Below, one piece after another: positions 51,801 through 64,000 of a stretch of DNA of 64,000 nt (positions within the stretch are counted from its first letter, which is position 1; every line of letters begins with the position of its first letter). The notes beneath the pieces are model-generated. The model saw only the letters and a program-made list of their open reading frames with translations, searched no databases and was not told where the DNA came from. Source of the stretch: an uncultured Alphaproteobacteria bacterium (GTDB taxonomy: Bacteria; Pseudomonadota; Alphaproteobacteria; HIMB59; GCA-002718135); contig CACMJS010000001.1 of the NCBI GenBank assembly GCA_902614085.1, positions 299,127 to 363,126 of the forward strand. Reading direction: 5' to 3'. Made by a program: the position numbers and the translations under genes.

Positions 51801-52982
51801 ATGAGCACTGAATTAATAGTTCCAACACTTGGAGAGTCAATTACGGAAGCAACTGTTTCAAAATGGCTTAAGAATATAGGCGATAATTTTGAAGCAGATG
51901 AACCTTTGGTCGAAATTGAGACAGACAAAATTACAGTTGAAGTACCAGCACCTCATGCAGGCTCTCTGAAAGAAATAAAAGTTTCTGAAGGCACTGACGT
52001 TGAAATTGGTGGTATTTTAGGAATCTTAGATGAATCAAAAGGCAAAACATCAAGTCCTAAAAAAACTGAAAATAAAGAAGAAAAAATAAAAGAAGAAGTA
52101 AAAGCAGTTAAGGTTGAAACAAAATCTTCGCCTGCCAAATCTTCACCATCTGCAAGAAAAATTGCTGAAGAAAATAATATTAAACTTGAAGATGTCACCT
52201 CATCCCGTTCTGATGGAAGAATTAATAAAGAAGATGTAGTTTCTCATCTTTCTTCTTCAAATAAAACAACCACTAACAAAGGTGAAAGAGAAGAAGTTGT
52301 TAAAATGTCTAAAATAAGACAGACAATATCTAAACGCTTAAAGGAGGCTCAAAATACAGCAGCCATACTTACGACTTTCAATGAAATTGACATGTCCAAA
52401 GTTATGGAAATTAGAAAATCAAAAAACCAAGAATTTCAAAGTCGGTATGAGGTCAAATTAGGTTTCATGTCATTTTTTGTAAAAGCGGTAGTAAAAAGTT
52501 TGCAAGAGTATCCAGCTGTGAATGCTGAAATCAAAGATGAAAATATAATTTATAAAAATCATTTTGATATAGGTATAGCTGTTGGAACTGAAAAAGGATT
52601 AGTCGTACCAATACTTAAAGACGCCGATCAATTGAGTTTTGGAGAAATAGAAACTAAAATTATTGATCTTAGTACAAAAGCCAAAGATGGAACGCTGACC
52701 ATGGACGATTTGACTGGTGGAACTTTTACAATTTCAAATGGTGGCGTTTACGGATCAATGCTCAGCACCCCAATAATCAATAGACCTCAGTCTGGAATTT
52801 TAGGGATGCATAATATTCAAAAAAGAGCAGTAGTTGTAAATGATGAAATAGTAATTAGGCCAATGATGTATGTTGCATTAAGTTATGATCATAGAATTAT
52901 TGATGGAAAAGAAAGTGTTGGATTTTTAGTGAAAGTTAAAGAACTTCTAGAAGATCCATCCGAATTAGTATTAGGAATATAA
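51801..52982 (+). CDS. sucB: Dihydrolipoamide succinyltransferase E2
   Basis: Lipoyl ETDK, E3-binding domain, DHRIIDG. Confidence 0.98.
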   Translation: MSTELIVPTLGESITEATVSKWLKNIGDNFEADEPLVEIETDKITVEVPAPHAGSLKEIKVSEGTDVEIGGILGILDESKGKTSSPKKTENKEEKIKEEVKAVKVETKSSPAKSSPSARKIAEENNIKLEDVTSSRSDGRINKEDVVSHLSSSNKTTTNKGEREEVVKMSKIRQTISKRLKEAQNTAAILTTFNEIDMSKVMEIRKSKNQEFQSRYEVKLGFMSFFVKAVVKSLQEYPAVNAEIKDENIIYKNHFDIGIAVGTEKGLVVPILKDADQLSFGEIETKIIDLSTKAKDGTLTMDDLTGGTFTISNGGVYGSMLSTPIINRPQSGILGMHNIQKRAVVVNDEIVIRPMMYVALSYDHRIIDGKESVGFLVKVKELLEDPSELVLGI

Positions 52983-52983
52983 A

Positions 52984-54381
52984 ATGGAAGATTTTGATTT
53001 AATAGTAATTGGTGCGGGACCTGGAGGATATGTAGCTGCAATCAGAGCAGCTCAACTTGGAATGAAGGTTGCTTGTATAGAAAAAGAACCATCACTTGGT
53101 GGAACTTGTTTGAACATTGGATGCATACCTTCTAAAGCATTATTAAATTCATCTGAAAAATTTGTTGAAATTTCAAATCATGCTGCAGAGCATGGCATAA
53201 AAACATCAAAGATAGATTTAGACCTAAGTGTTTTGATGGATCGCAAAAATAAGATTGTAAAAAAACTTACAACAGGGATCGGTTTTTTATTTAAGAAAAA
53301 TAAAATAACGCATATTCCTGGCATGGCTTCATTTGTAGATAAAAATACTATTTCTATTACAAATGGAAAAAATGAAATTACTGCCAGTGCTAAAAATTTC
53401 ATTATCGCAACAGGATCATCTTCGATTGAGATACCAAATATTCCTGTTGATGAAAAACAAATAGTATCTTCAACAGGTGCTCTTTCTCTATCTAAAATAC
53501 CAAAATCACTCCTAGTTATTGGTGGTGGATATATTGGACTAGAGATGGGATCAGTATGGAGTAGATTAGGCTCAAAGGTGACAGTTGTTGAAGCTCTAGA
53601 CAGAATTGTTCCAACTATGGATGGTGAAATTGCAAAAGAGTTTATGAAAATGTTAACTAAACAAGGATTAGAATTTAAATTATCTCATAAAGTTAGTTCT
53701 GCAAAATCTGGTAAGTCTGGTGTAGATGTTGAGATGGAAACATCAGATAAAAAGAAAATAAAAGAAAACTACGAAATAGTTTTAATGTCAGTAGGAAGAA
53801 AACCAAACACAGAGGGATTGGGTCTCGAAAAAATTGGTATTAAATTAACCGCAAAAAAATCCATTGAAATTAAAGATAATTTTCAAACTTCTGTTGAAGG
53901 AATCTACGCAATTGGCGATGTAGCTCCAGGACCAATGCTAGCACACAAAGCTGAAGAAGAAGGAGTGGCTTGTGTTGAATTTATAAACGGTCAAAAACCT
54001 CATATAAACTATGACGCTATACCAGCGATTGTTTATACTAATCCAGAGATAGCATCAGTTGGAAAAACAGAGGAACAACTCAAGCAAGAAAAGAAAGACT
54101 TCAAGGTTGGAAAATTTCCTTTTATGGCAAATGGTCGTGCCTTAACTACCTCCGCATCAGAAGGATTTGTTAAAATTCTGGTTGATAAACAAACAGATGA
54201 AATTTTAGGTGCTCATATAATTGGTCATGATGCTGGACAGTTGATCGCTGAAATTGTTACGACAATAGAATTTGGTGGTAGTGCAGAAGATATTGCTAGA
54301 GTATGTCATGCTCATCCGACAACTAGTGAAGCAGTAAAAGAAGCAGCTTTAAGTGTAGATGGTAGAGCAATTCATATTTAA
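52984..54381 (+). CDS. lpdA: Dihydrolipoamide dehydrogenase
   Basis: GGTCLNIGCIPSK, MLAHKAEEEG, HAHPTTSE. Confidence 0.98.
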   Translation: MEDFDLIVIGAGPGGYVAAIRAAQLGMKVACIEKEPSLGGTCLNIGCIPSKALLNSSEKFVEISNHAAEHGIKTSKIDLDLSVLMDRKNKIVKKLTTGIGFLFKKNKITHIPGMASFVDKNTISITNGKNEITASAKNFIIATGSSSIEIPNIPVDEKQIVSSTGALSLSKIPKSLLVIGGGYIGLEMGSVWSRLGSKVTVVEALDRIVPTMDGEIAKEFMKMLTKQGLEFKLSHKVSSAKSGKSGVDVEMETSDKKKIKENYEIVLMSVGRKPNTEGLGLEKIGIKLTAKKSIEIKDNFQTSVEGIYAIGDVAPGPMLAHKAEEEGVACVEFINGQKPHINYDAIPAIVYTNPEIASVGKTEEQLKQEKKDFKVGKFPFMANGRALTTSASEGFVKILVDKQTDEILGAHIIGHDAGQLIAEIVTTIEFGGSAEDIARVCHAHPTTSEAVKEAALSVDGRAIHI

Positions 54382-54581
54382 ATTTTAGCTAGATCTATTC
54401 CTTTTTTGTATTTTTTTGATGATTGTTTTACAACTGCTTGACCGCACCTCATAACTTTTCTTTTATGATCAAAAGTCATTTTTGGTTCACCATGTAATTT
54501 CCATCCATTAGAGAGTGCCTCTGTTACCCTTTGGCAAAAATCAACAGTGTCATCATCTGTAATAAATCTATAACCTTTCAT
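54378..54581 (-). CDS. DUF1737 family small protein
   Basis: YRFITDDDTVDFCQRVTEALSNGWKLHGEP...CGQAVVK. Confidence 0.75.
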   Translation of the reverse strand: MKGYRFITDDDTVDFCQRVTEALSNGWKLHGEPKMTFDHKRKVMRCGQAVVKQSSKKYKKGIDLAKI

Positions 54582-54593
54582 TTTACCTTCCTT

Positions 54594-55256
54594 TCATTTA
54601 ATACTTAATAAATTTACTTCTATAATTTTAATTAAGTACTCAACAAGATCAGTTTGCATATCAACTGTGAATTTATTTTTATCTTTTGATCCCATAGCCA
54701 ATATTAGACTATCTTCACGAAATTTAACTTTTAATAAAATATATGATTTTATCGTTGCTGATTTATTAGGAAAAAATAAAAGTAAACCTTTAGGATTTTG
54801 ATTTAAATTTGTAACCATTTTGTTTTTAAAATAACTATTTGCAATTTTAATATCCAATTGTGATAAGTTTTCTGCTCTAATATTTTCATTTGTAACAAAA
54901 CAATTCATTTCATCACAACCTAAAATTGTTTTAAGATCATTTTTAATTAAGCTTATTAATTTTTGTAAACTTTTTACATTTAGAATTCTAATTGTAGATT
55001 TTAGAATTCTTTTTTGTGCATTTAAATGACTTTTTCCTGCAAGTAGTACTTTTGTCATTTGATTTTGTAGATCTATGTTTTGTTGCGATATTTTTTTATA
55101 TCTGTAAGCCTCTAAATCAACTACCTTATCTGAACTATTATCTACGGTTGGAAAATTTAGTTCATTAACTAATTCAGAATTTTTAATAAAAAAATTTTTA
55201 TTTTTTTTTAAAAAATTTATTATTTGTTTTTCACTAATTTCATCTTCATGCGCCAT
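54594..55256 (-). CDS. DUF484 family protein
   Basis: IINFLKKNKNFF, VVDL, FTVDMQTDLVEYL; follows fsa; ATG 55256 preferred to the start overlapping fsa. Confidence 0.75.
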   Translation of the reverse strand: MAHEDEISEKQIINFLKKNKNFFIKNSELVNELNFPTVDNSSDKVVDLEAYRYKKISQQNIDLQNQMTKVLLAGKSHLNAQKRILKSTIRILNVKSLQKLISLIKNDLKTILGCDEMNCFVTNENIRAENLSQLDIKIANSYFKNKMVTNLNQNPKGLLLFFPNKSATIKSYILLKVKFREDSLILAMGSKDKNKFTVDMQTDLVEYLIKIIEVNLLSIK

Positions 55257-55261
55257 GACGA

Positions 55262-55921
55262 TTATTTTGGCAAGATTTGCTGTCCTGTTTTTGCCCAATC
55301 ATCAAGAAATGCTTTCAGCCCTTTATCTGTGAGAGGATGTTTATATAATTCGTGAATAACTTTAGGTGGTAGAGTTGAAACATGGGCACCAATCACAGCT
55401 GCATCAATAAGATGTTGAGTATTTCTTACCGAAGCAACTAATACTTCAGTATCAAATCCATAATTTTCATACATTATTACTATATCTGAAATTAGATCCA
55501 TACCTTTTTCACCAATATCATCGAGCCTTCCCACAAAAGGAGAAATAAATGTTGCTCCAACCTTAGCGGCTAGTAATGCTTGAGCAGCACTAAAACATAA
55601 TGTTACATTTACCATAATATCTTTTTCTCTAAGAGCTTTGCATGTCTGAAGACCAGCAGGTGTGAGAGGAACTTTTACAGCAACATTCTTAGCTAATGAT
55701 GCTAAGTATTCACCTTCTTCAAGCATTTTGTCATATTCAGTTGCTGTCACTTCTGCACTTACTGGACCAGACACTATAGAACAAATTGTTTTAATTGTTT
55801 CTCCCATATCTTTACCACTTTTTGCAATAAGAGATGGGTTTGTCGTAACACCGTCTATTAATCCGCTTGGCATTAACTCTTCGATCTCAGGTATATCGGC
55901 AGTGTCTATAAAAAATTTCAT
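55262..55921 (-). CDS. fsa: Transaldolase / fructose-6-phosphate aldolase (type 3)
   Basis: [43 protein letters not shown]. Confidence 0.95.
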   Translation of the reverse strand: MKFFIDTADIPEIEELMPSGLIDGVTTNPSLIAKSGKDMGETIKTICSIVSGPVSAEVTATEYDKMLEEGEYLASLAKNVAVKVPLTPAGLQTCKALREKDIMVNVTLCFSAAQALLAAKVGATFISPFVGRLDDIGEKGMDLISDIVIMYENYGFDTEVLVASVRNTQHLIDAAVIGAHVSTLPPKVIHELYKHPLTDKGLKAFLDDWAKTGQQILPK

Positions 55922-55984
55922 TGTTTGTTGTATACCATATACAAGTTATTTAGAAAGTTAACATATAAAAAATACATAAATATA

Positions 55985-57940
55985 ATGTTGTACGATGTAG
56001 TAGTAACAAGACCTTTCGACAAAGTTTTCACTTATTCTTCAACAAATGAGCAACTTGAAATTGGTCAAGTAGTCTTAGTTCCATTTGGAAAAAAAATAGA
56101 AGCTGGAATTATTTGGAAAAAGAATGTTAAAAATCCTGGATACGAAATTAAAGAGGTTACAAAAATTTGTAATGATCTTATCCTTCAGAATTCTTCAATC
56201 GATTTTATAAATTGGATCGCAAGCTATACTTTAGCTCCACTAGGAGCAGTTTTAAAATTATTTCTTATTAATAATGATATAGTTGAATTTGATAAAGAAA
56301 AATTAGATAGTTTCAATAACACCGAACCTTCTTTAGTGACCTTGAGTGAAGAGCAAGCTAATTCATTTAAAGAAATCACCCAATCATTTAATAAATCAAA
56401 CAAACCTGTTTTATTAGAAGGTGTAACAGGCTCTGGTAAAACTGAAGTATATTTTGAAATAATAGATAAATTTTTAAAAGAAAAAAAACAAATATTAATA
56501 ATGGTTCCAGAAATTAGCTTAACACCGCAATTAGAGACAAGAGTAAAGAAGCGTTTTGGAATGGAAGTGTGTTTATGGCATTCTAAAATTACAAAAAAAA
56601 ATAGGCAAAAAATTTGGCATAAATGTTTTGCAGGAGATCCAGTTATTGTTATTGGTGCTCGTTCAAGTTTATTTCTTCCTTATACAAACTTAGGATTAAT
56701 TGTTGTCGATGAAGAACATGATTCTAGTTATAAACAAGAGGACAATATACGTTACCAAGCAAGAGATCTTGCAGTTGTAAGAGCTAAAATTGAAAAAAAT
56801 TTTATATTATTAGCCTCGGCAACACCGTCTTTAGAAACAATAAATAATGTTAAAATTAAAAAATATGATCAAGTCTATTTATCAAAACAATTTTCTGGAA
56901 CTCCATTACCTGAAATTTCTATAATTGATTTAAATAAAAATAAACTTGATAAAGATAAATGGATATCACAATCAATTATAGATTCTATTTCACAGTGTTT
57001 AGACAATAAGGAACAAACTCTTATTTTTTTAAATCGTAGAGGATATTCTCCATTAACCTTATGTAACAAATGTGGATTCAGATATGAATGTGATCAATGT
57101 TCATCATGGATGGTAATGCATCAACACAAAAAAGTTTTCTTATGCCATCAATGTGGAACTATAAAAAAATTAAATTTAGATTGTCCTAAATGTAATGAAA
57201 AAGATAGTATAAAATTTGTTGGTCCTGGAGTTGAGAGAGTTGCAGAGGAGTTAAAAGAATTCTTTCCTGGAAAAAATATTTCCATCATGTCTAGCGATAA
57301 TGTTAATACACCAAAAAAAATTAAAAAATTTATTACTGATATAAACAACAAAGATATAGATATAATTGTAGCCACACAAATTATGGCAAAAGGATATGAT
57401 TTTCCAAATTTGTCATTAGTAGGAATCGTTGATGCGGACGCAGGTTTATTTGGTGGTGATCCTAGAGCTATAGAAAAAACTTTTAACCTACTTCAGCAAG
57501 TTGGAGGAAGAGCTGGTAGAGGAAAAAAAATTGGTAAAGTTTTTCTTCAAACATATTTTCCAGATCAAGAAATAATTAAGTCGATTCAACTTCGAGAAAG
57601 AGAATCTTTTATTGAAAGAGCTTTAGAAGAAAGAAAGAATTTTAATATTCCTCCTTTTGGTTTTATGACTTCAATAATTCTTTCTAGTCATACAAAAGCT
57701 TTAGTTCTTAAACATGCTTCAAGACTGGCTCAACAAGATCAAAATAGTAAAAATATTAAAATTCTAGGTCCAGTTGAAGCTCCAATTTTTTTGCTTAGAG
57801 GGCAATATCGATATAGAATATTATTGAAGAGCAATAGTAGAAAAAATCTGAATAAATTCACAAAAAAAATTGTCGAAAAGACTAAATTACCTTCTTCTGT
57901 AAAGTTAATTATTGATGTCGATCCCTATTCATTTATGTAA
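55985..57940 (+). CDS. priA: Primosomal protein N' (PriA)
   Basis: GVTGSGKTE, DEEHD, Cys-rich region, QVGGRAGR; ATG 55985 preferred. Confidence 0.96.
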   Translation: MLYDVVVTRPFDKVFTYSSTNEQLEIGQVVLVPFGKKIEAGIIWKKNVKNPGYEIKEVTKICNDLILQNSSIDFINWIASYTLAPLGAVLKLFLINNDIVEFDKEKLDSFNNTEPSLVTLSEEQANSFKEITQSFNKSNKPVLLEGVTGSGKTEVYFEIIDKFLKEKKQILIMVPEISLTPQLETRVKKRFGMEVCLWHSKITKKNRQKIWHKCFAGDPVIVIGARSSLFLPYTNLGLIVVDEEHDSSYKQEDNIRYQARDLAVVRAKIEKNFILLASATPSLETINNVKIKKYDQVYLSKQFSGTPLPEISIIDLNKNKLDKDKWISQSIIDSISQCLDNKEQTLIFLNRRGYSPLTLCNKCGFRYECDQCSSWMVMHQHKKVFLCHQCGTIKKLNLDCPKCNEKDSIKFVGPGVERVAEELKEFFPGKNISIMSSDNVNTPKKIKKFITDINNKDIDIIVATQIMAKGYDFPNLSLVGIVDADAGLFGGDPRAIEKTFNLLQQVGGRAGRGKKIGKVFLQTYFPDQEIIKSIQLRERESFIERALEERKNFNIPPFGFMTSIILSSHTKALVLKHASRLAQQDQNSKNIKILGPVEAPIFLLRGQYRYRILLKSNSRKNLNKFTKKIVEKTKLPSSVKLIIDVDPYSFM

Positions 57941-58058
57941 TTTACCCACAATTTCAAAAATATCTTCAATTTAACTCATTTGACGCACAAACTGACAGTT
58001 TACCTACTTTTTCTGATGTGTTAATAGCCTATTTCTAAACTTCTTATGAACTTAATTT

Positions 58059-58616
58059 ATGGCATCTAATACATTGTCTGGAGACCTAATATCTGAAAGG
58101 TACGGAGCAGCTCTCTATGATCTTGCATCTGAAAAAAAATGCATTGATGATATTCTAAATGATTTTGAATTAGTGCAAAAAGCATTGAAAGAAAGTTCAG
58201 AATTAAGACAAGTTATTAAAAGTCCACTAGTAAATTCAGATGAGAAGCTTAATATTTTACTAAAATTATTTTCTAAAGCAAACTTACATAATCTTACTAC
58301 AACTTTTTTAAAAGTTCTTGATAACAATAAGAGAATTTCAAATATCGCTTCTATCATTTTACAATTTAAAAAAATAAACTCTGAAAAAAGAGGTGATATT
58401 ACTGCTGATGTAACATCAGCAAATATATTATCTGATGATGAAAAAAATAATATTACAAATCAACTTAAAAAATCTTTAGGTGAAAAATTATCTTTAAATT
58501 TTGATGTTGATGAAGACATTATAGGCGGTTTAATTGTTAAGGTTGGTTCCAAAATGATTGATACATCTATAGCTAATAAAATTAATAAACTTAAAATTGC
58601 AATGAAGGGGGCATAA
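58059..58616 (+). CDS. atpH: ATP synthase delta subunit
   Basis: [27 protein letters not shown]. Confidence 0.95.
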   Translation: MASNTLSGDLISERYGAALYDLASEKKCIDDILNDFELVQKALKESSELRQVIKSPLVNSDEKLNILLKLFSKANLHNLTTTFLKVLDNNKRISNIASIILQFKKINSEKRGDITADVTSANILSDDEKNNITNQLKKSLGEKLSLNFDVDEDIIGGLIVKVGSKMIDTSIANKINKLKIAMKGA

Positions 58617-60151
58617 TGGAAATTAAAGCTGCAGAAATATCGTCTGTAATTAAAGACCAAATAGCTAATTTTGAAACTAAAGCGGATGTTGCTGAGGTTG
58701 GAACAGTACTAAGTGTTGGAGATGGAATTGCACGTGTGTATGGTCTTGATCAAGTACAAGCTGGAGAGATGGTAGAATTCCCAGGCGGCATTAAAGGTAT
58801 GGCCCTCAACCTTGAAATGGATAACGTTGGTGTTTCAATCTTCGGTGATGATACTGGAATTAAAGAAGGTGATACAGTTAAACGTACAGGAGAAATTGTT
58901 GACGTTCCTGTTGGAAAAGAATTATTAGGACGTGTTGTTGATGGTTTAGGAAATCCTATTGATGGCAAAGGTCCTATTCAATCTTCTGAAAAGAGAAGAA
59001 TTGAATTAAAAGCCCCAGGTATTATTCCTCGTCAAAGTGTTTCTGAACCTATGCAGACAGGTATTAAAGCACTTGATGCGCTTGTTCCAGTTGGAAGAGG
59101 ACAGCGTGAATTAATCATTGGTGACAGACAAACAGGTAAAACTGCTGTTGCTATTGATACAATCTTAAATCAAAAATCTGTAAATCAATCAGACAATGAA
59201 AAAGAAAAGTTATATTGTATATATGTTGCAATTGGTCAGAAAAGATCAACAGTTGCTCAAATTGTAAAAACGCTAGAAGATAATGGAGCAATGGAATATA
59301 CAATTGTTGTATCGGCAACTGCATCCGAGCCTGCACCGTTGCAATTTTTATCTGCTTATACCGGCTGTACAATGGGTGAGTATTTTAGAGATAATGGTAT
59401 GCATGCATTAATTGTTTATGATGATTTATCAAAGCAAGCTGTTGCTTACAGACAGATGTCTCTTTTATTAAGAAGACCTCCTGGACGTGAAGCATATCCC
59501 GGAGATGTATTTTATATTCATAGTCGTCTTTTAGAAAGAGCTGCCAAAATGAGTGATGAACATGGCGGTGGAAGTTTGACCGCCCTTCCAATTATTGAAA
59601 CTCAAGCAGGGGATTTATCTGCTTATATTCCAACGAATGTTATATCCATTACTGATGGACAAATATTCTTGGAAACCAACCTATTCTTTGCTGGTATTCG
59701 ACCTGCGATTAACGTTGGCCTTTCTGTAAGTCGTGTTGGTTCTGCTGCGCAAACAAAAGCAATGAAAAAAATTGCTGGTCCTGTAAAACTAGAATTAGCT
59801 CAATATCGTGAAATGGCTGCCTTTGCACAGTTTGCATCAGACTTAGACGCCTCAACAAAACAATTACTTGATCGTGGTGCAAGACTAGTTGAAATTTTAA
59901 AACAAGGTCAATATTCACCACTAACGGTTTCAGAGCAAGTTGTATCTATTTATGCTGGTGTGCGCGGATATCTTGATAAAGTTGCAGTAGGCGATGTAGT
60001 CAAGTTTGAAACAGAAGTTTTAAATGAGATTAGAACTAAGCATAATGATTTATTAGATGCAATTGCCAATGAAAAAGAATTATCTAAAGAAAATGATGAT
60101 AAATTAAAATCAATCTTAGATGATTTGGTTGGAAAGTTTGCAAGTAACTAA
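58616..60151 (+). CDS. atpA: ATP synthase alpha subunit
   Basis: [20 protein letters not shown]. Confidence 0.99.
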   Translation: MEIKAAEISSVIKDQIANFETKADVAEVGTVLSVGDGIARVYGLDQVQAGEMVEFPGGIKGMALNLEMDNVGVSIFGDDTGIKEGDTVKRTGEIVDVPVGKELLGRVVDGLGNPIDGKGPIQSSEKRRIELKAPGIIPRQSVSEPMQTGIKALDALVPVGRGQRELIIGDRQTGKTAVAIDTILNQKSVNQSDNEKEKLYCIYVAIGQKRSTVAQIVKTLEDNGAMEYTIVVSATASEPAPLQFLSAYTGCTMGEYFRDNGMHALIVYDDLSKQAVAYRQMSLLLRRPPGREAYPGDVFYIHSRLLERAAKMSDEHGGGSLTALPIIETQAGDLSAYIPTNVISITDGQIFLETNLFFAGIRPAINVGLSVSRVGSAAQTKAMKKIAGPVKLELAQYREMAAFAQFASDLDASTKQLLDRGARLVEILKQGQYSPLTVSEQVVSIYAGVRGYLDKVAVGDVVKFETEVLNEIRTKHNDLLDAIANEKELSKENDDKLKSILDDLVGKFASN

Positions 60152-60154
60152 TCT

Positions 60155-62479
<2,325 letters not shown>

Positions 62480-62480
<1 letters not shown>

Positions 62481-62878
62481 TGGCAACAATTTCTTTTGAT
62501 TTAGTTTCTCCAGAAAACCTCATCTTTAATGATGATGTTGGAACCATTATTGTTCCAGGCAAAGATGGTGATCTGGGTGTCTTACCTGGACATAGTCAAG
62601 TAATGTCCTCATTAAGACCTGGTAGAGTGATGGTTTATAGTGAGGATAAAAATTTAGTTAAATCATTTTTTGTATCAGGTGGTTTTGCTGAAATTAATCC
62701 AGAGAAATGTATCGTTCTTGCAGAAAGTGTAGTTGAACTAAATTCTTTAGACAAGTCTTCAATTGAAAAAGAAATTGAAGAATTAGGTAGTAAGGAAAAT
62801 AAAGAGTCAGAAGAGCAACTGTCGATAGCAAAAGCTAAATTAGAAGCTATAACTGTAAGTTTTTATGATAAGATTTAA
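62480..62878 (+). CDS. atpC: ATP synthase epsilon subunit
   Basis: LVSPE, GVLPGH, FFVSGGFAEI. Confidence 0.96.
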
Positions 62879-63909
62879 TTTTTAGAATTAACAGAGTCTA
62901 TTAAATTTTTTGCATTATTATAAAAAAGATTCTGCTTTTCACTTTCCGTTATTTTGCTATTTCGAATTCCTCTCTTCATTGCTCTTAATTGTTCGTATCT
63001 AATAAATGTCATTCGATCATCACAATGACTTAGAGCTAAATTATGATTATCAGAATTTATTGCAGACCAAGCTTTCCCAAAAGTAATATATTTCCCTCTC
63101 ATTCTCCCTATCATATCATCTGATCCATACATTATTTTTTCAAGACCAACACCTTGATACAGAGCGTCAATTGAATCAGATTCACATACTGTAGAACAAT
63201 CATACCAAATATTTTTTAAATCTCTAATTTTCTTAATTCCTTTTTCTAACGCCCAAGCAGAATAACTTCTAGCACAGTGAGCAAGTATCCATTTAACGTT
63301 AGGATATTTATCACTCAAATAAATTAGGTCATTAATATTATCATCATCGGCAATTGCATCTTTTTTTGCTAAATGCATCATAATGATAAGTCCAAATTTA
63401 TCTGCAATTTCTATTTGCTCTTCAGTTATAAAGTCTAAAATTTTGCAATTAATTGTATCGTTTGTTTTTGAATAAAATCTATATGGTTTAAAACCTTTAA
63501 TGTTATTTTTTAATAAAAGCTCTTCAATATAATTTTTATCCATATTTGGGTTAATTAAAATTAAGCAATTATTTTCAGTATGTGTTTTAGTTTGTTCTAA
63601 AATATATTTATTTGAAGCTTCAAAATTACATGGATATTTGAATGGAAAAGGAAAACTTAACCTATTTACAACTCTATTAGGCATAAGTAATTGATCTACT
63701 TGATCTGCAAATCTCATAGATACTTCACTAAAATATTTTCCTTGAAAATTTCTTTCACCAATATTCTTATTAGGATCCTGATTAAAACTCCATTTATAAA
63801 TATGAGTATGAACATCAAAAATATTCTTAGGCACAAAGTTTTCTAACTCTTCATCCCATATTTGTTTATCTAAGCTTGTGATTATTAGTTCAGGATTTTC
63901 ATTAAACAT
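62875..63909 (-). CDS. Amidohydrolase-2 family metal-dependent hydrolase
   Basis: FDVHTH (HxH), GFKPY, MHL, LAHCAR, YGSDD. Confidence 0.85.
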   Translation of the reverse strand: MFNENPELIITSLDKQIWDEELENFVPKNIFDVHTHIYKWSFNQDPNKNIGERNFQGKYFSEVSMRFADQVDQLLMPNRVVNRLSFPFPFKYPCNFEASNKYILEQTKTHTENNCLILINPNMDKNYIEELLLKNNIKGFKPYRFYSKTNDTINCKILDFITEEQIEIADKFGLIIMMHLAKKDAIADDDNINDLIYLSDKYPNVKWILAHCARSYSAWALEKGIKKIRDLKNIWYDCSTVCESDSIDALYQGVGLEKIMYGSDDMIGRMRGKYITFGKAWSAINSDNHNLALSHCDDRMTFIRYEQLRAMKRGIRNSKITESEKQNLFYNNAKNLIDSVNSKN

Positions 63910-64000
63910 CTTTTAGAACTTTTTTAAATTCACTTTGAATTTTATGATAAACATTTTTTTTAAATGGTACTGCATTATGAGTAATTTTATCGTAATTCAT
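63902..64000 (-). CDS. 3' end of an unidentified CDS continuing beyond the window
   Basis: Open frame from the window edge ...NYDKITHNAVPFKKNVYHKIQSEFKKVLKDV* whose stop overlaps the amidohydrolase start by 8 nt. Confidence 0.5.
   Translation of the reverse strand: MNYDKITHNAVPFKKNVYHKIQSEFKKVLKDV

Noticed and set aside
55257-55298. Longer DUF484 start overlapping fsa; likewise priA TTG start at 55925
   Set aside because: Extensions have no domain similarity and crowd neighbouring genes; downstream ATGs fit better

Overview
A 64-kb, very AT-rich, densely packed stretch of core chromosome from a streamlined alphaproteobacterium. The SAR11/HIMB59-like marine affiliation is inferred from base composition, tiny intergenic gaps and gene content, not from a database search. 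In order, it carries: a partial amino-acid ABC binding protein; ccmABCDEFGH; a Lys-rich histone-like mini-gene; acnA-helicase-terB-fdxA-carD-(degenerate phosphoesterase)-rpoH2-pagL-like; dusA, beta-carbonic anhydrase, panB, dxs, an M29 aminopeptidase, an MFS transporter, gcrA and pgk; yciB-ftsY-mtaB-dapF divergent from ffh-rpsP-rimM-trmD-rplS-leuCDB-asd; one tRNA; a small accessory block (DUF218, nucleoside hydrolase, DUF924, family-5 UDG, MFS, zapE, hydrolase); sdhCDAB-mdh-sucCD-sucAB-lpdA; DUF1737, DUF484, fsa, priA, atpHAGDC and an amidohydrolase. No CRISPR array, integrase, transposase or prophage was seen. The most interesting signals are mostly absent from the ORF track: (1) a ~140-nt rod-shaped putative ncRNA with its own sigma70-like promoter upstream of sdhC (6S-like architecture, identity unproven); (2) a tRNA-Arg with the rare UCG anticodon; (3) a PPP-type phosphoesterase that has lost nearly all metal ligands, between carD and rpoH2; (4) a 58-aa, +39-charged AAPKKKKK-repeat protein with a structured leader and three stacked downstream hairpins; (5) related acidic tails on ribosomal proteins S16 and L19; (6) three small ORFs missed by the track (ccmD, a 40-aa membrane peptide, a 46-aa coupled peptide).
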